Counted from the first letter of the stretch, positions 20,705 to 33,941 are shown. The stretch is DNA of 64,000 nucleotides from Spirochaetia bacterium (GCA_965225855.1 CBDDCK010000004.1:256001-320000), one strand, 5' to 3'. Translations and numbers: made by a program. Notes: generated by a model not told the origin, from the sequence alone.

Positions 20705-22144
20705 TTATCGCGGGCTTTTTGTTGGGCCTTTAGCAAAATTCTTCTTAGAGCCCCTTCGGCTACTTTTACGAGGATAACCATAATTATTCTGTCTATCTCG
20801 GTAACCTTTTGGACTATGAGACATTCTATCTACTAAACGGTTAATATCCCTTTCAGACTTGCCGATATAGTTATTGCCCTTAACAGAAAATTCTTTAGAC
20901 AACATGGAAGCTAATTTATATGCGATGGTAGAAATATCAAAATCTTCTTTTAATTCCTCTACTAAATCCAGAACCTCATCCTTTACTTCCTGTTCCTTGA
21001 TTTTAGAAATTAAACTATTGACTTTCTTTTCTTGCACCTTCTGGATATTGGGGACGACCTTTGCTTCTAGCTTGCCGCCCGTCTTTTGCTGTATTTTCTG
21101 CAACATTCTAAATTCATGAGGCGTTACAATTGAAACAGCCGTACCCTCTTTGCCAGCCCTGCCCGTCCTACCGATACGATGAACATAGGACTCTGAATCA
21201 AACGGCAAATGATAGTTAAATACATGGCTAACATTATTGACATCTAAACCCCGAGCAGCAACATCTGTGGCAATCAATACCTCAAGACGGCCCTTCTTAA
21301 AAGCATTGATCACTTCTTCGCGTTGCCGTTGTTCCATATCCCCGTGAAGGCCCTTGGCAAAAAAACCTTGGGATATTAAATATGTCGATAGCCTATCTAC
21401 TTCTTTTTTTGTGCGACAAAAGATAATAGATTTTTCCGGATTTTTAAAATCAAATAACCGTAACAAAGCATCATCGCGTTCATACTCATCAACCACATAA
21501 AAAGTTTGCTTAATCAAGGAGTTGCTCATCTCTTTTTTGGTGATGGTGATAAACTCGGGCTCATTCAAAATGGATTTTGCCAAATTCCTAATGGCTGTAG
21601 GCATGGTTGCAGAAAACAATAGAGTCTGCCTCTGCTCTGGAATATAGGTAAAGATTTCTTTGATCTCTTCTAAAAAACCCATATCCAACATCTCATCGGC
21701 TTCATCTAAAACGACATATTCAGGCTCTATGTTTATCTTATGGCCCTGCAGTAAGTCGATCAATCTCCCGGGCGTTGCAACCACTACCCCAGCATTCTCA
21801 ATGTGTTTTAATTGTCTTGCGTAGGATTGCCCACCATAAACTGTTGCAGTATTTATGTTTAAAAATTTTGCAAAACGGTATAACTCATCGGATACCTGCA
21901 TGGCCAACTCCCTAGTAGGAACAACAACCAAAGCCTGTACCCCACTTTTGGGTTTCATCATTTGTATCATCGGTAGGCCAAATGCTGCGGTTTTCCCCGT
22001 ACCCGTATGTGCTTGGGCAACAATATCTTTACCATCTAAAACAATCGGGATTGCATCTGCTTGAATGGGGCTCGGTTCTTTAAAGCCAGCTTCTGCAATA
22101 GCTTGCTGCAGCTTATCTGTAAGATTAAAATCTCTAAAAGTCAT
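20705..22144 (-). CDS. DEAD-box RNA helicase
   Basis: Q motif, GTGKT, PTRELA, DEAD, SAT, HRIGRTGR. Confidence 0.95.
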   Translation of the reverse strand: MTFRDFNLTDKLQQAIAEAGFKEPSPIQADAIPIVLDGKDIVAQAHTGTGKTAAFGLPMIQMMKPKSGVQALVVVPTRELAMQVSDELYRFAKFLNINTATVYGGQSYARQLKHIENAGVVVATPGRLIDLLQGHKINIEPEYVVLDEADEMLDMGFLEEIKEIFTYIPEQRQTLLFSATMPTAIRNLAKSILNEPEFITITKKEMSNSLIKQTFYVVDEYERDDALLRLFDFKNPEKSIIFCRTKKEVDRLSTYLISQGFFAKGLHGDMEQRQREEVINAFKKGRLEVLIATDVAARGLDVNNVSHVFNYHLPFDSESYVHRIGRTGRAGKEGTAVSIVTPHEFRMLQKIQQKTGGKLEAKVVPNIQKVQEKKVNSLISKIKEQEVKDEVLDLVEELKEDFDISTIAYKLASMLSKEFSVKGNNYIGKSERDINRLVDRMSHSPKGYRDRQNNYGYPRKSSRRGSKKNFAKGPTKSPR

Positions 22145-22379
22145 CTTTTTCCTTATGTAAATTTATTATTGATAGAAAATATTAGGAACACCCACAATTA
22201 GTCTCTTTTCAACAAAATATAAAACAGTCACAAAGCCCTATGATTAATATAGCTAACTGGAAATAATTGAATAAAATATTTAAAAGAAGAAACAAAAAGC
22301 TGAACAGACTAAGCACTTCGAGCCTTGTTCAACTTCTCTCACTCTACCTGAATTGAAATCTCCAGAAAACATATATTTT

Positions 22380-25300
22380 TCATTCTTCATCTTCTTCCAA
22401 ACCTTCTTCTAAATTTGCTTCTAATTCATCAATTGGATTCTTTACCGTTTCAGACGAATAAGAGCTCGCATCATCAAAAAATGGAAATGGATCTTCTTCA
22501 AGCAACAATTCTTCCTTTGCTTCTAGCTCTAATGCCTTTGCTTCAGCTTCAGCTTGTTCAATGCGTCTCCGCTCTAAAATTTCTTGAATATGGGCATCTA
22601 AATCATCCATATCTTCAGTATAAAGCTGCAATTCGCGGTACTTTCTCATTCCCGTACCCGCAGGAATCATATGCCCGATAATAACATTTTCTTTCAATCC
22701 ATTTAGTGGGTCTACATTCCCCGCAATAGCTGCATTGGTCAATACGCGCGTAGTCTCTTGGAATGAAGCCGCAGAAACCCAAGAATTGATATTCAACGAT
22801 GCCTTGGTAATACCTTGCAACAGTGGTCTAGCTACAGCAGGGCGCCCACCTTCACGGATAACATCATCATTTTCGGTTCGGAAAGTATATTTATCCACTT
22901 GCTGGCCATAAATAAACTGGGTATCTCCCACATCTATCACTTCCACTTTCCGCATCATCTGGCGAATAATCACCCCGATATGCTTGTCATTAATATTGAC
23001 GCCTTGCATACGGTAAACTTCTTGGACTTCGTCAACCAAAAAACGCTGCAAAGCATTTTCCCCTTGAATTTCCAGCACCGTATGCGGATCGACAGGGCCA
23101 TCACATAAAGGCTCGGCAACGACAACAGGGTCGCCATCACGCACCAATAAATGTCTGCCCTGTGGAATTAAATGCCGGCTTTCATTGCCATATTGATCTT
23201 CGACAATCACTAAACGCTTACCTTTAAAAAGGCCACGGAATAATACAGTACCCGTAATGGAAGCCAGAACGGTAGCATTTTTAGGCCGCCGAGCTTCAAA
23301 AAGTTCCACAACGCGCGGCAGACCACCGGTAATATCTTGCGTTTTTGCACTTTCTTTGAGCAACTTTGCCAAGATGCGCCCCGCCAAAATCGATGCTCCA
23401 TCTTCGACATTTAAATAAGAACCACCGGGTAAAAAGTAATTGCCAATAACCTCATCTTCTTGATCCAATAATTCAATGCGCGGTTCTAAACTTTGTGAAA
23501 ATTGATCGGCAATCTTTTTCTCAATATTTCCCGTTTCTTCGTTTAGCTCTTCACGCAAGGTAACACCATTGATCAAATCCACAAAACGAACCGTACCCGC
23601 CTGCTCGGCAATAATCGGATCACTAAAAGAATCAAATACCGCTATAGGCTCATCGATACCGACTATTTGGCCCACAGTAACACTAACATTCGAGCCATTT
23701 CTCACTTCTAAACGCTGTTCTTGAGCCACTAATAACAAGATATTATCACTATAAACTAAGAAAGCGGTTTGATGGGCTTCAATAATATCGCCTTGGCTAT
23801 CAATAATCGGGACACCCTTTACCACTCGCTCGCCTGCTTCCAGCAATAACTTATCACCTTCGGCTAACTCATGCCTATCCAAAATCTTGGAAACAAATAT
23901 ATATCCTTTACGAGTAAACAGTAGCCGATTATTGCCCATATTCAAATAATGGCCCTGAATGCTGCGCACCAACACTGGATATTTTAGAGCAATTTTATTG
24001 TCTTCGGCAATAGTTGAAGCCGTACCGCCAACATGGAAAGTACGCATAGTAAGCTGGGTACCCGGCTGGCCAATGGATTGTGCTGCCAAAATACCTACTG
24101 CTTCACCCACATTCACCGTCTTGCGAGTAGATAAGTCGCGGCCATAGCAACGGCAACAAACACCGTAGCGGGCCTCACAAGTTAGCACGGTACGCACGCG
24201 TACTTCTTCAATGCCAATTTGTTCAATACTATCGGCCAGTGTGTCCGTAATTTCTTCATTCACATTGAGAATAAGCTCGCCTGTAATGGGGTGTTTCACT
24301 CGTTCAAGCGTATAGCTGCCACGAATGCGATCAGCCAAACTCTCAACAATTTCTTCACCGTCTTTAAGGGCAGACATCACGATACCGTTTATGGTTCCGC
24401 AATCTTCTTGATTCACCACTACATCTTGTGAAATATCAACTAGGCGGCGGGTAAGATAACCGGCATCGGCTGTCTTCAAAGCGGTGTCAGCTAAGCCCTT
24501 ACGCGCACCATTAGTCGAAATAAAAAATTCAATTACCGAAAGGCCCTCTTTAAAATTGGAACGAATTGGCAACTCAATAATATCACCAGACGGCTTGGCC
24601 ATGAGTCCACGCATACCAGCCAACTGGCGGATTTGGTTGCGAGAACCACGAGCCCCGGAGTCCGCCATAATATAGATATTGTTAAAACCTTGCTGATCTT
24701 CAGAAAGCAAATCCATCATCAAGCGCGTTAAATCTTCATTAGTTTTGCTCCAAACTTCCACTACGCGGTTATAACGCTCTTCATTGGTAATATGGCCTGA
24801 ACGGTACTGTTCTTGAATTTTGGCCACAGCTTGGTTGGACTGTTCGATCAATTCAGGTTTTTGTTTGGGCACCAAAATATCGTCAATGCCAATCGAACAA
24901 CCCAATAAAGTGGCGTTGTGAAAACCAATTTCTTTAATACAATCTAACAATTCTACCGTAACCGATGCTCCATTTTCTTCAAACGAACGCTCAATTAAAC
25001 TGCGTAAACCCTTATCACCTAAAGTTTCATTGACAAAACCAATCTTTTTGGGGATACCTATATTAAACACCACACGGCCGGGAGTGGTCTCCAACCAACG
25101 AGATTCTGTTTCAGTATTTTCTTTCTTTAAGTATGGGTTTGGCACTTTAATCAGAGAGTGATGGGTAATTTGTTTAAAATCTAAAGCTTTAATTACTTCA
25201 TTAAAACTAGAGAAATGGCGTCCTTCACCTTTATCACCCTTGCGGGGTTTGGTCAGTAAATAAATGCCCAACACCATATCTTGCGATGGAAAAACGATGG

Positions 25301-26759
25301 ACATGCCATTGGCAGGGTTCATCAAGTTTTTAGAAGCCAACATCAAAGACCAACACTCTACTTGAGCTGCTTGAGTTAGCGGCAAATGCACCGCCATTTG
25401 GTCTCCATCAAAGTCCGCATTAAACGCATGGCAAACTAAAGGATGCAATTGAATGGCTTTACCTTCTACTAGCACCGGCTCAAAAGCTTGAATACCCAAG
25501 CGGTGCAAAGTCGGCGCACGATTGAGCAATACAGGATGCTCACGCACCACTTCATCGAGCACGCCCCAAACTTCCTTGGTAGTTTGCTCAACTAAAGTCT
25601 TTGCTTTCTTGATATTAAAAACGACTTCTTTTTCTACTAATTTGCGCATGATAAATGGCTTATACAATTCCAAAGCCATTTTGGTTGGCAGACCACATTG
25701 GTGTAATTTAAGCTGTGGCCCTACTACAATTACAGAACGGCCAGAATAATCGACACGTTTACCCAACAAGTTTTGGCGGAATCGGCCCTGCTTCCCTTTG
25801 AGCAAATCAGATAGCGATTTTAAAGGACGATTAGCAGGCCCTTTATTTACTTTTTTGCGTTTGGAATTGTCCAGCAATGCATCGGTAGCTTCCTGCAACA
25901 TGCACTTTTCATTGCGGATAATTACCTCTGGAGCCGTCAGGCTCAGTAGCCTTCTAAGCCGATTGTTGCGATTGATCACACGGCGGTATAAATCATTCAA
26001 ATCCGAAGTAGCAAAACGCCCGCCGTCCAATTGCACCATCGGGCGCAAATCCGGGGGAATAACCGGTATAACATCGAGAATCATCCATTTGGCTTGGTTG
26101 TCCGACCGATTAAAATTTTCTACAATTTCAATGCGCTTGAGCAATTTTTTATCCGCTTTTGCACCTTTCTCAATCATCTTAGCGCGCAATTCTGCCGACA
26201 GTGAATCTAAGTCCAAATTTTCCAACATTTGGCGAATACATTTTGCACCGATGCCCGCATTAAAAGCTTCGCCAAAACGGTCGCGCGCTTCTGAATATTC
26301 TTCCTCCGTCAAAAGCTGATGGACCTCCAACTCCGTATTGCCCGGATCGACCACAATATATTTTTCGTAATACAAAATGGCACGCAACGCACTTTGAGAA
26401 AGGCTTAACAACGCCCCCATACTCGATGGGATCGCCCGGTAATACCAAATATGCGATACCGGAGCAGCTAACTCAACATGCCCCATGCGCTCGCGCCGCA
26501 CGCGACTGTGAGTGATTTCCACACCACAGCGGTCGCAGACAACACCTTTATATCGAATAGATTTAAACTTACCACAAAAACATTCCCATTCTTTAGTCGT
26601 GCCAAAAATACGCTCACAAAATAAACCATCTTTTTCTGGGCGAAGGCTACGATAATTTATCGTTTCGGGTTTTCGAACTTCACCGTAAGACCAACTGCGA
26701 ATTTGATCAGGCGAAGCCAAGCGAATTTTTAAACTATCAAATTCTTGAATATCTTTCAT
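22380..26759 (-). CDS. rpoC: RNA polymerase beta' subunit
   Basis: NADFDGD catalytic motif, Zn finger, QLTMRTFH. Confidence 0.99.
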   Translation of the reverse strand: MKDIQEFDSLKIRLASPDQIRSWSYGEVRKPETINYRSLRPEKDGLFCERIFGTTKEWECFCGKFKSIRYKGVVCDRCGVEITHSRVRRERMGHVELAAPVSHIWYYRAIPSSMGALLSLSQSALRAILYYEKYIVVDPGNTELEVHQLLTEEEYSEARDRFGEAFNAGIGAKCIRQMLENLDLDSLSAELRAKMIEKGAKADKKLLKRIEIVENFNRSDNQAKWMILDVIPVIPPDLRPMVQLDGGRFATSDLNDLYRRVINRNNRLRRLLSLTAPEVIIRNEKCMLQEATDALLDNSKRKKVNKGPANRPLKSLSDLLKGKQGRFRQNLLGKRVDYSGRSVIVVGPQLKLHQCGLPTKMALELYKPFIMRKLVEKEVVFNIKKAKTLVEQTTKEVWGVLDEVVREHPVLLNRAPTLHRLGIQAFEPVLVEGKAIQLHPLVCHAFNADFDGDQMAVHLPLTQAAQVECWSLMLASKNLMNPANGMSIVFPSQDMVLGIYLLTKPRKGDKGEGRHFSSFNEVIKALDFKQITHHSLIKVPNPYLKKENTETESRWLETTPGRVVFNIGIPKKIGFVNETLGDKGLRSLIERSFEENGASVTVELLDCIKEIGFHNATLLGCSIGIDDILVPKQKPELIEQSNQAVAKIQEQYRSGHITNEERYNRVVEVWSKTNEDLTRLMMDLLSEDQQGFNNIYIMADSGARGSRNQIRQLAGMRGLMAKPSGDIIELPIRSNFKEGLSVIEFFISTNGARKGLADTALKTADAGYLTRRLVDISQDVVVNQEDCGTINGIVMSALKDGEEIVESLADRIRGSYTLERVKHPITGELILNVNEEITDTLADSIEQIGIEEVRVRTVLTCEARYGVCCRCYGRDLSTRKTVNVGEAVGILAAQSIGQPGTQLTMRTFHVGGTASTIAEDNKIALKYPVLVRSIQGHYLNMGNNRLLFTRKGYIFVSKILDRHELAEGDKLLLEAGERVVKGVPIIDSQGDIIEAHQTAFLVYSDNILLLVAQEQRLEVRNGSNVSVTVGQIVGIDEPIAVFDSFSDPIIAEQAGTVRFVDLINGVTLREELNEETGNIEKKIADQFSQSLEPRIELLDQEDEVIGNYFLPGGSYLNVEDGASILAGRILAKLLKESAKTQDITGGLPRVVELFEARRPKNATVLASITGTVLFRGLFKGKRLVIVEDQYGNESRHLIPQGRHLLVRDGDPVVVAEPLCDGPVDPHTVLEIQGENALQRFLVDEVQEVYRMQGVNINDKHIGVIIRQMMRKVEVIDVGDTQFIYGQQVDKYTFRTENDDVIREGGRPAVARPLLQGITKASLNINSWVSAASFQETTRVLTNAAIAGNVDPLNGLKENVIIGHMIPAGTGMRKYRELQLYTEDMDDLDAHIQEILERRRIEQAEAEAKALELEAKEELLLEEDPFPFFDDASSYSSETVKNPIDELEANLEEGLEEDEE

Positions 26760-26779
26760 TGGTATAACTCCCTACTTTT

Positions 26780-29700
26780 TTACAAAGTATCTTGACTATT
26801 GTTAATCAATTCTTCATCGCGTTCGGTTAAAGGCAATTGTTTGCCATTGCCATTGTAAACCGAAACATCTAAGGCCAAACCACGTAACTCTTGCACCAAC
26901 ACATTAAACGATTCGGGAATACCCGAAGCCGAAGCGGGGTCGCCTTTGACAATACTTTCATACACATGAACTCTACCATTCATATCATCTGACTTAACGG
27001 TCATCAATTCTTGCAAGGTATGGGAAGCACCGTAAGCCTCCAAGGCCCATACTTCCATTTCTCCAAGGCGTTGGCCACCAAACTGGGCTTTACCACCTAA
27101 AGGCTGCTGAGTTACCAATGAATACGGGCCAGTCGAACGAGCATGCATCTTATCATCAACCAAATGATGCAGTTTCAAATAGTACATATAACCAACCAGT
27201 ATGGGGTTATCAAAAGCCTCTCCAGTCTTGCCATCAAAAACTTTCATTTTAGAAGAACCAGAAACACCAGACTCTTCTAATAAACGACTAACTTTTTCTA
27301 CATCGGGTGAGAGAAAAACAGGGGCTTCATACAGTTTGCCCAAACGTTTTCCAACATGACCCAACATCGTTTCCAATATTTGGCCAATATTCATACGCGA
27401 AGGAATACCCAGCGGATTCAAACAAATTTCCAAAGGGGTGCCATCTTCTAAAAATGGCATATCTTCTTCTGGCAAAATGCGAGCAACAACACCTTTATTT
27501 CCGTGCCGCCCAGCCATTTTATCCCCTTCTTTCAGTTTGCGCTTAGTAGCCAAAACAACCTTGACAACCTCATTAACACCCGGATCGAGGTTATCACCAG
27601 CCGAACGAGCCAAACGCTGAATTTCGACAACAGTACCTTCTACTCCGTGAGGCAACTTGAGCGAAGTATCGCGCACATCACGGGCTTTTTCACCAAAAAT
27701 GGAGTTGAGTAAACGAAATTCGGGGGTAATATCCGATTCCGATTTGGGGGTAATTCGTCCAACTAAAATATCGCCAGAATGAACACGGGCACCAATGCGA
27801 ACAATCCCTTCTTCGTCTAAATGCCCTAAATTTTTGTCAGCGATATTGGGTATATCACGAGTAATTTTATCCAAACCCAATTTGGTTTCCCGAATTTGAA
27901 TCGAAAATTCTTTAATATGAATAGAGGTATAGTAGTCATTTTTCACAACTTTTTGCGAAATCAATACCGCATCTTCAAAATTATAGCCATTCCAAGGTAC
28001 AAAACCTACCAATAAATTTCGACCCAAGGCCAATTCACCTTTATCGGTCGCCGGCCCATCGGCAATCAAGCCACCTTTGGCAACTCTATCTCCTTGCTCT
28101 ACCAATGGACGCTGATGGAAGGCGGTATCTTGGTTGGTTCGCCCATACTGAACTAAAGGATAAACCGTCTCTTTTTCTTCCCCATCATGCAAAATACGTA
28201 TTTCACAAGATGTAACATAGGTTACTTCACCTGCTTCGCGCGCCTTAGCCACCACTCCAGCATCATAAGCAGCTTTGGCTTCCATGCCCGTACCCACTAC
28301 TGGTGCTTCAGGAAATAATAATGGCACAGCTTGGCGTTGCATGTTACAACCCATCAAAGCACGGTTTGCATCATCATGCTCCAAAAAGGGAATCAATGAA
28401 GCTGCTGTGGAAATAATTTGGCGTGGAGAGACGTCCATGTATTCAATTTCTTCGGGCATTTTATTGGTGTAATCGCCCGAACGCCGCACAGCAACTAACT
28501 CATCGATAAAATTGCCATCACTGTCTAGCTGCGCCGAGGCTTGAGCAATATAGCATCTCTCTTCATCAATTGCTGAAAGATATTCAATTTTATCACTGAC
28601 TTTGCCCTCTATTACTCGGCGGTAAGGAGTTTCCAAAAAACCAAATTCATTGATGCGAGTATAATTTGCTAGCGACACAATCAAACCGATATTCGGGCCT
28701 TCTGGTGTTTCAATAGGGCACATTCGGCCATAGTGAGAATAGTGCACATCGCGAACTTCAAAACCTGCACGATCACGCGAAAGGCCACCCGGGCCTAACG
28801 CATTCAACCTACGCTTATGTGTCAATTCCGCTAAAGGGTTTATTTGCTCCATAAATTGAGACAATTGACTGCTACCAAAAAACTCTTTAATGGCAGAAAC
28901 AATCGGCTTCGTGGAAATCAAGTCTTGAGGGTTCAAAGTTTCCGCATCTTTGAGCGGCATGCGCTCACGCACAATGCGCTCCATACGGTTAAAAGCTGTC
29001 TTGAGTTGATTCGCCATCAATTCCCCTACCGAACGAACCCGGCGGTTTCCCATATGATCGATATCATCGACTGACTCATAGCCTTCATAAACTTTTATTA
29101 AATGCTTAGTTGCTAAAATAATATCTTCAATACTCAAAACTTGTAGATCGCTAGGAGATTGGCTATTCAATTTTTTATTCAATTTATAACGACCCACCTT
29201 TCCCAAGTCATAACGACGGGCCGAAAAAAATATACTCTGCAATTCCCTATCTGCTATTTCCACCGTTACCGGGTCTCCCGGCTGTAAAGTGGAATACACC
29301 AGACTCAGTGCATCTTCTCGCGAAGGCTCATCTTTTTTGTTCTCTAAATTCTCTGAAAACAAACCACCTTCGCGCTCAAAACAATTTAAGATCAACACAG
29401 AATCTAATGAATCCACAGCATGCATATCGATAACGGTTATGGAACTCACTTTACTATGCTGTAAATCATCAATATCGTGGGGCATCAATTTTTCACCAGC
29501 GCGGTAGAGTTTGCGCTCATTGCCATTTTCATCGACAATGTAGACCGCTTTTGCCAAATACGAACCTGGCAGCTCTTTTGCTGATTTTTGCGATAGTTTG
29601 ACAACTTTCGATTTGTAAAAAGCGGCAATAATTTCTTCACGGGTACTCAAACCCAAAGCACGAAAAAACATAGTCGTTAAAAATTTTTTTCTGCGGTCAA

Positions 29701-30298
29701 TTTTGGTATAGAGAATTTCTTTTTTTGCATCTATTTCTAAATCTAACCAAGAACCACGATAAGGTATTACCTGCGCAGAATAAACGCCTTTATCATAGTT
29801 GAAAATTACACCCGGCGAACGGTGCAATTGAGAGACAACAATACGCTCAATACCATTGATAATAAAGGTACCGCGATCAGTCATAATGGGAATATCTCCC
29901 ATATAAATTTCTTTTTGACGAATTTCGCCCGTATGCTGAAAAATTAAGTTGATCCGTGCTTTTAATGGAACAGCATATGTATGCCCTTTGCGTTTACACT
30001 CCGTTTCGGAAAAACGCACACCATGATAATCAAGAGTAAAATCGACATATTCAATCAACAAATCACCACTGGGGCTTTCAATAGGAAACACAGAATTAAA
30101 AACATCTTCAAGGTTTTGACTAATTTTCCCTTCTCCAGTAGCCCCAGTAGATAAAAAGCGATCATAAGATAAGGTCTGAACTTCTACGAGATTCGGCAAC
30201 GCTAAGACTTCATTGTATTTCTCACCAATATAAGTTCTCTCACTTTTACTCATTGGGCTTTTTAAAGCAATGTTTTTTGTCTCTTCGCCCACAGACAT
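26780..30298 (-). CDS. rpoB: RNA polymerase beta subunit
   Basis: [30 protein letters not shown] before ATG 30298. Confidence 0.98.
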   Translation of the reverse strand: MSVGEETKNIALKSPMSKSERTYIGEKYNEVLALPNLVEVQTLSYDRFLSTGATGEGKISQNLEDVFNSVFPIESPSGDLLIEYVDFTLDYHGVRFSETECKRKGHTYAVPLKARINLIFQHTGEIRQKEIYMGDIPIMTDRGTFIINGIERIVVSQLHRSPGVIFNYDKGVYSAQVIPYRGSWLDLEIDAKKEILYTKIDRRKKFLTTMFFRALGLSTREEIIAAFYKSKVVKLSQKSAKELPGSYLAKAVYIVDENGNERKLYRAGEKLMPHDIDDLQHSKVSSITVIDMHAVDSLDSVLILNCFEREGGLFSENLENKKDEPSREDALSLVYSTLQPGDPVTVEIADRELQSIFFSARRYDLGKVGRYKLNKKLNSQSPSDLQVLSIEDIILATKHLIKVYEGYESVDDIDHMGNRRVRSVGELMANQLKTAFNRMERIVRERMPLKDAETLNPQDLISTKPIVSAIKEFFGSSQLSQFMEQINPLAELTHKRRLNALGPGGLSRDRAGFEVRDVHYSHYGRMCPIETPEGPNIGLIVSLANYTRINEFGFLETPYRRVIEGKVSDKIEYLSAIDEERCYIAQASAQLDSDGNFIDELVAVRRSGDYTNKMPEEIEYMDVSPRQIISTAASLIPFLEHDDANRALMGCNMQRQAVPLLFPEAPVVGTGMEAKAAYDAGVVAKAREAGEVTYVTSCEIRILHDGEEKETVYPLVQYGRTNQDTAFHQRPLVEQGDRVAKGGLIADGPATDKGELALGRNLLVGFVPWNGYNFEDAVLISQKVVKNDYYTSIHIKEFSIQIRETKLGLDKITRDIPNIADKNLGHLDEEGIVRIGARVHSGDILVGRITPKSESDITPEFRLLNSIFGEKARDVRDTSLKLPHGVEGTVVEIQRLARSAGDNLDPGVNEVVKVVLATKRKLKEGDKMAGRHGNKGVVARILPEEDMPFLEDGTPLEICLNPLGIPSRMNIGQILETMLGHVGKRLGKLYEAPVFLSPDVEKVSRLLEESGVSGSSKMKVFDGKTGEAFDNPILVGYMYYLKLHHLVDDKMHARSTGPYSLVTQQPLGGKAQFGGQRLGEMEVWALEAYGASHTLQELMTVKSDDMNGRVHVYESIVKGDPASASGIPESFNVLVQELRGLALDVSVYNGNGKQLPLTERDEELINNSQDTL

Positions 30299-30362
30299 CT
30301 CTCCTCGTATTTTCAAAATAATGTTCAATCACAACCACTCAAAGTTACCAGCTTTACATTAA

Positions 30363-30402
30363 CAAAGACGGAGTATAACCGAAATTACAACTCCGCCCTT
30401 TA
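30363..30402 (-). terminator. Hairpin/attenuator between rplL and rpoB
   Basis: AAAGGGCGGAGT...ACTCCGTCTTT imperfect stem followed by T-rich run on the minus strand. Confidence 0.5.
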
Positions 30403-30568
30403 TAAGTTTGTTCTGTATATCTTTGGATAAAACAGATGCGAACGCAAATAGACTTTAGGCTGCAAACACCAGAAACACAAAGCCAACATTCCATTATGCA
30501 ATTATTCCATGAAATAAAACGAAAATGAAATTAAGCTTGTCTTACAAACTGTACCTATATAAGCCCAA

Positions 30569-30940
30569 TTATTTGACTTCGACTTTTGCACCAGCAGCCT
30601 CAAGTTTCCCTTTAAGCGCTGTAGCCTCTTCTTTTGAAAGACCTTCTTTCACAGTTTTCCCTGGATTTTCCACAAATTCTTTGGCACTCTTCAAGTCTAA
30701 ACCTGTAACACTGCGAATTTCTTTAATCAAAGGAATTTTCTTGCTATCATCGATACCCGCCAGAATTACGTCAAATTCGGTCTGCTCTTCTTCTGCGGGA
30801 GCACCAGCTGTTGGCATCGCCATTGCAGCTACAGGCGCAGCAGCACTCACGCCAAATTTTTCTTCCAGTGCTTTGACCAATTCTGAAACTTCCAACACTG
30901 TCAATTTACTGATTTCTTCAACCAGATTTTCTATCGCCAT
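30569..30940 (-). CDS. rplL: 50S ribosomal protein L7/L12
   Basis: [28 protein letters not shown]. Confidence 0.98.
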   Translation of the reverse strand: MAIENLVEEISKLTVLEVSELVKALEEKFGVSAAAPVAAMAMPTAGAPAEEEQTEFDVILAGIDDSKKIPLIKEIRSVTGLDLKSAKEFVENPGKTVKEGLSKEEATALKGKLEAAGAKVEVK

Positions 30941-31047
30941 ATTATCTTCCTCCTAATTTAATTTTTATTAGACAGCAGCATGACGATAGCAAAAAATTGC
31001 CGAAGGCTGGCTGTCTATTTTTTATCATAGTTATACTCTTGCTTTTC

Positions 31048-31566
31048 CTACTTTTCCTTGATGGCATTTAATGCATAAAGCAATTGAGCAATAGAAGCAT
31101 TTAACACGCCCACAGTTTGTTGCGCAGGGGCATTCAGTGTAGCGAGCAATTGAGCAATAAGCTCGGACTTACTGGGTAATTTAGAAAATGCGATTAAACG
31201 CTCTTGATCAAAAAGATTACCATCAATAACACCACTCTTCATATCTAGCGGATTATCCCTAGGAAATTCTACAATCGCTTTAACAGCCCCACTGGCATCA
31301 TCAGACATAACCGCAATAGCCGTTGGCCCTTTAAGCGATTCTTCTTGATAAGGCTTTTGTTGTTGATCGAGCGCAATTTTTAAATAATTATTTTTAATAA
31401 CATGAAATCGCGCACCTTGCTGACGCAATTTTTTGCGTAGATTGGTAATCTCTTTTACGGTCAGACCACGGTAATTGACAAAAACATAATTATTGCAATC
31501 ATCTAGCAAATTCCGTAACTCTACTACGGCATCTTTTTTGTATTGCTGAATTTTCTTCTCCATCAT
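31048..31566 (-). CDS. rplJ: 50S ribosomal protein L10
   Basis: YRGLTV, KNN, LKGPTA, LPSKSEL. Confidence 0.97.
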   Translation of the reverse strand: MMEKKIQQYKKDAVVELRNLLDDCNNYVFVNYRGLTVKEITNLRKKLRQQGARFHVIKNNYLKIALDQQQKPYQEESLKGPTAIAVMSDDASGAVKAIVEFPRDNPLDMKSGVIDGNLFDQERLIAFSKLPSKSELIAQLLATLNAPAQQTVGVLNASIAQLLYALNAIKEK

Positions 31567-31574
31567 AATCCTCC

Positions 31575-32261
31575 TTATACCGTAACACTGTTTAAATCAA
31601 CCGAAACACCAGGGCCCATAGTCGAAGCAATAGAAAGCCTCTGAATATATTCGCCTTTAACATCGCTAGGACGTTTTGCTTGAAGACTTTCCAACAGAGC
31701 CAAAAGATTCTGTTTGATTTTGTCATCATCCATCGACTTTACTTTGCCAATAGCCAAATGAACAACTCCGCCTTTATCTGCCCGAAATTCAGTGCGCCCT
31801 TGTTTGAGCTCTGCCAATGCACCTTTCACATCCATCGTAACAGTACGAGTTTTGGGATTCGGCATCATGCCTCTGCGCCCCAAAATTTGACCCAGCTTAC
31901 CGACATTTTTCATCATATCAGGTGTTGCTACGCAAACATCAAAGTCAAGCCAGCCACCTTGAATTTTTGTAACTAAGTGCGCACCTCCAACATAAGTAGC
32001 ACCCGCTTCTTCTGCTTCTTTTGCTTTATCACCTTGAGCAAAAACCAATACGCGAGCCTCTGCACGAAACTGATTGGGCAACACAACCGTATCGCGAACA
32101 GAATGACTTTTCTTCAAATTTAATTTAGCCGCAACTTCTATCGTTTCATCAAAGCGCGCATACGAAATCTTTTTAACCAATTGAACAGCTTCATCAACGT
32201 GCACAGGTGCTTTTGCAACTTGTTCTGCTGCAGCACGAATTTTTTTACCTTTTTTCGCCAT
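31575..32261 (-). CDS. rplA: 50S ribosomal protein L1
   Basis: FDET, LGRRGMMPNPK, STMGPG. Confidence 0.98.
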   Translation of the reverse strand: MAKKGKKIRAAAEQVAKAPVHVDEAVQLVKKISYARFDETIEVAAKLNLKKSHSVRDTVVLPNQFRAEARVLVFAQGDKAKEAEEAGATYVGGAHLVTKIQGGWLDFDVCVATPDMMKNVGKLGQILGRRGMMPNPKTRTVTMDVKGALAELKQGRTEFRADKGGVVHLAIGKVKSMDDDKIKQNLLALLESLQAKRPSDVKGEYIQRLSIASTMGPGVSVDLNSVTV

Positions 32262-32266
32262 AATAC

Positions 32267-32704
32267 TTATGCCTCAACAGTAATGCCCATACTCCGGGCG
32301 GTGCCTGAAATAATCTTGATAGCAGCTTCAATATCATTTGCATTCAAGTCTGGCATCTTTGTCTCTGCAATTTGCTGAACTTGAGTGCGAGTTACAGCAG
32401 CAACTTTCTCTTTATGAGGAAGTTTAGAACCTTTATCAATTTTCGCAGCCTTTTTAATTAAAACAGAAGCTGGCGGGGTTTTCAGAATAAACTCATAAGT
32501 ACGATCACTATATACGGTTATCTCAACTGGAATAATTAGCCCCGGCTCCATATTTTTGGTAGCATCATTAAACTGCTGCACAAACTGCGGGGCACTAACA
32601 CCATGTGGCCCTAGAGCAGGCCCAATGGGCGGTGCTGGGGTCGCCTTACTAGCAGGTGCCTGCAACTTTATCATTGCCTTAACAATTTTTTTCTTCTTAG
32701 CCAT
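32267..32704 (-). CDS. rplK: 50S ribosomal protein L11
   Basis: [26 protein letters not shown] before ATG 32704. Confidence 0.98.
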   Translation of the reverse strand: MAKKKKIVKAMIKLQAPASKATPAPPIGPALGPHGVSAPQFVQQFNDATKNMEPGLIIPVEITVYSDRTYEFILKTPPASVLIKKAAKIDKGSKLPHKEKVAAVTRTQVQQIAETKMPDLNANDIEAAIKIISGTARSMGITVEA

Positions 32705-32772
32705 ATATCCTCCTGTGATACAAACACCGCTGACCAAACGGTTCCCACCATTTTCTCTTGTACGAGAAATAT

Positions 32773-33330
32773 TTAAATAATTCTCTCTACTTCATCAAAT
32801 TCAAGCTCTACCGGCGTATCACGCCCAAAGATAGCAACCATCACTCTAAGTTTATTTTGTCCTGAAAAAATTTGATCGACACGACCGGTAAAAGTTTCAA
32901 ATGGCCCAGAGATAATTTTCAGTTCCTCGCCCATTTTATACCCTTCGCGAACTTGAAATTTAACATCCGATTTAATATCGCCACTTCGCTGCAAAATAGA
33001 GCGAGCTTCCTCTTTAGAAATTGGCTGCGGCTTGTCTTTCTTTGAATAGCCGACAAAACCCGTAACGCCTTGCAAAGCACGCAATTCAGAACAAATATCT
33101 TTCCAGTCTTCACGCGGCAAATCCATTTCGACCAAGACATAACCCGGCAAAAATTTTTTATTAATATTGCGTTTCTTACCATTGCGAATTTCAACAACAG
33201 TTTCCGAAGGAACCTTAACCGCATTCAAAATACCGTCAAATCTACCACTAGTTATTATATTTTGAATATATTTTTCAATTTTACTTTCTTGACTAGTCAA
33301 CGCTTTTAAAACATACCAACCCATTGCCAT
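32773..33330 (-). CDS. nusG: Transcription termination/antitermination factor NusG
   Basis: [15 protein letters not shown] domain [13 protein letters not shown]. Confidence 0.97.
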   Translation of the reverse strand: MAMGWYVLKALTSQESKIEKYIQNIITSGRFDGILNAVKVPSETVVEIRNGKKRNINKKFLPGYVLVEMDLPREDWKDICSELRALQGVTGFVGYSKKDKPQPISKEEARSILQRSGDIKSDVKFQVREGYKMGEELKIISGPFETFTGRVDQIFSGQNKLRVMVAIFGRDTPVELEFDEVERII

Positions 33331-33421
33331 ACTTGCTCTCTCCTCAGCTGATTTTCTAGTTCACAAATGCTTATAACAAATGCAAATATTACTACATCAG
33401 GAATCGTATATAGTAACCAGA

Positions 33422-33598
33422 CTATGCTCCCAACAGCAGCAGCAACAAAGTACGCACTAAACTATCTATCCCAAAAAAAAACACAACAAACAAAAATGTG
33501 GACAACAACATCACCTTCGATGCCGATACAACTGTGTCTCGACTAGGCCAAGTAACTTTTTTAAATTCCACAACACATTCACGGATAAATTTTAACAT
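33422..33598 (-). CDS. secE: Preprotein translocase SecE
   Basis: EFKKVTWPSR motif plus TM helix; between tRNA-Trp and nusG. Confidence 0.93.
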   Translation of the reverse strand: MLKFIRECVVEFKKVTWPSRDTVVSASKVMLLSTFLFVVFFFGIDSLVRTLLLLLLGA

Positions 33599-33681
33599 TT
33601 TCAATCGACCCAATTCACTTTAGCAATATTATTAAAAACATAAGAAAAGAAATTATATAAAGACAATAACCTTAAATACAA

Positions 33682-33754
33682 CAGGCCAGGCAGGACTCGA
33701 ACCTGCAACCCCTGGTTTTGGAGACCAGTGCTCTACCAATTGAACTACTGACCT
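33682..33754 (-). tRNA. tRNA-Trp (CCA)
   Basis: AGGTCAG..CTGGCCT acceptor stem, CTGGT-CTCCAAA-ACCAG anticodon arm, GGTTCGAGTCC; 3' CCA not encoded. Confidence 0.96.
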
Positions 33755-33764
33755 AAAATTCTTG

Positions 33765-33941
33765 CTATTTAATCTTTCCTTCTTTATGGGTTACAGATGC
33801 TTTACACCACTTGCAATATTTTTTCAGCTCTAGCTTTTCCTGTGTATTCCTGCGATTTTTGCGAGTTGTATAATTTCGACGAGAACAATTACCACAACGA
33901 AGCGATATAAGCTCTACAGCTGTTTTTTTACTTTTTGCCAT
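33765..33941 (-). CDS. rpmG: 50S ribosomal protein L33, Zn-binding form (58 aa, below the ORF-track cutoff)
   Basis: Manual translation MAKSKKTAVELISLRCGNCSRRNYTTRKNRRNTQEKLELKKYCKWCKASVTHKEGKIK. Confidence 0.96.
   Translation of the reverse strand: MAKSKKTAVELISLRCGNCSRRNYTTRKNRRNTQEKLELKKYCKWCKASVTHKEGKIK

Noticed and set aside
30525..30956. 143-aa plus-strand ORF
   Set aside because: Antisense shadow of rplL
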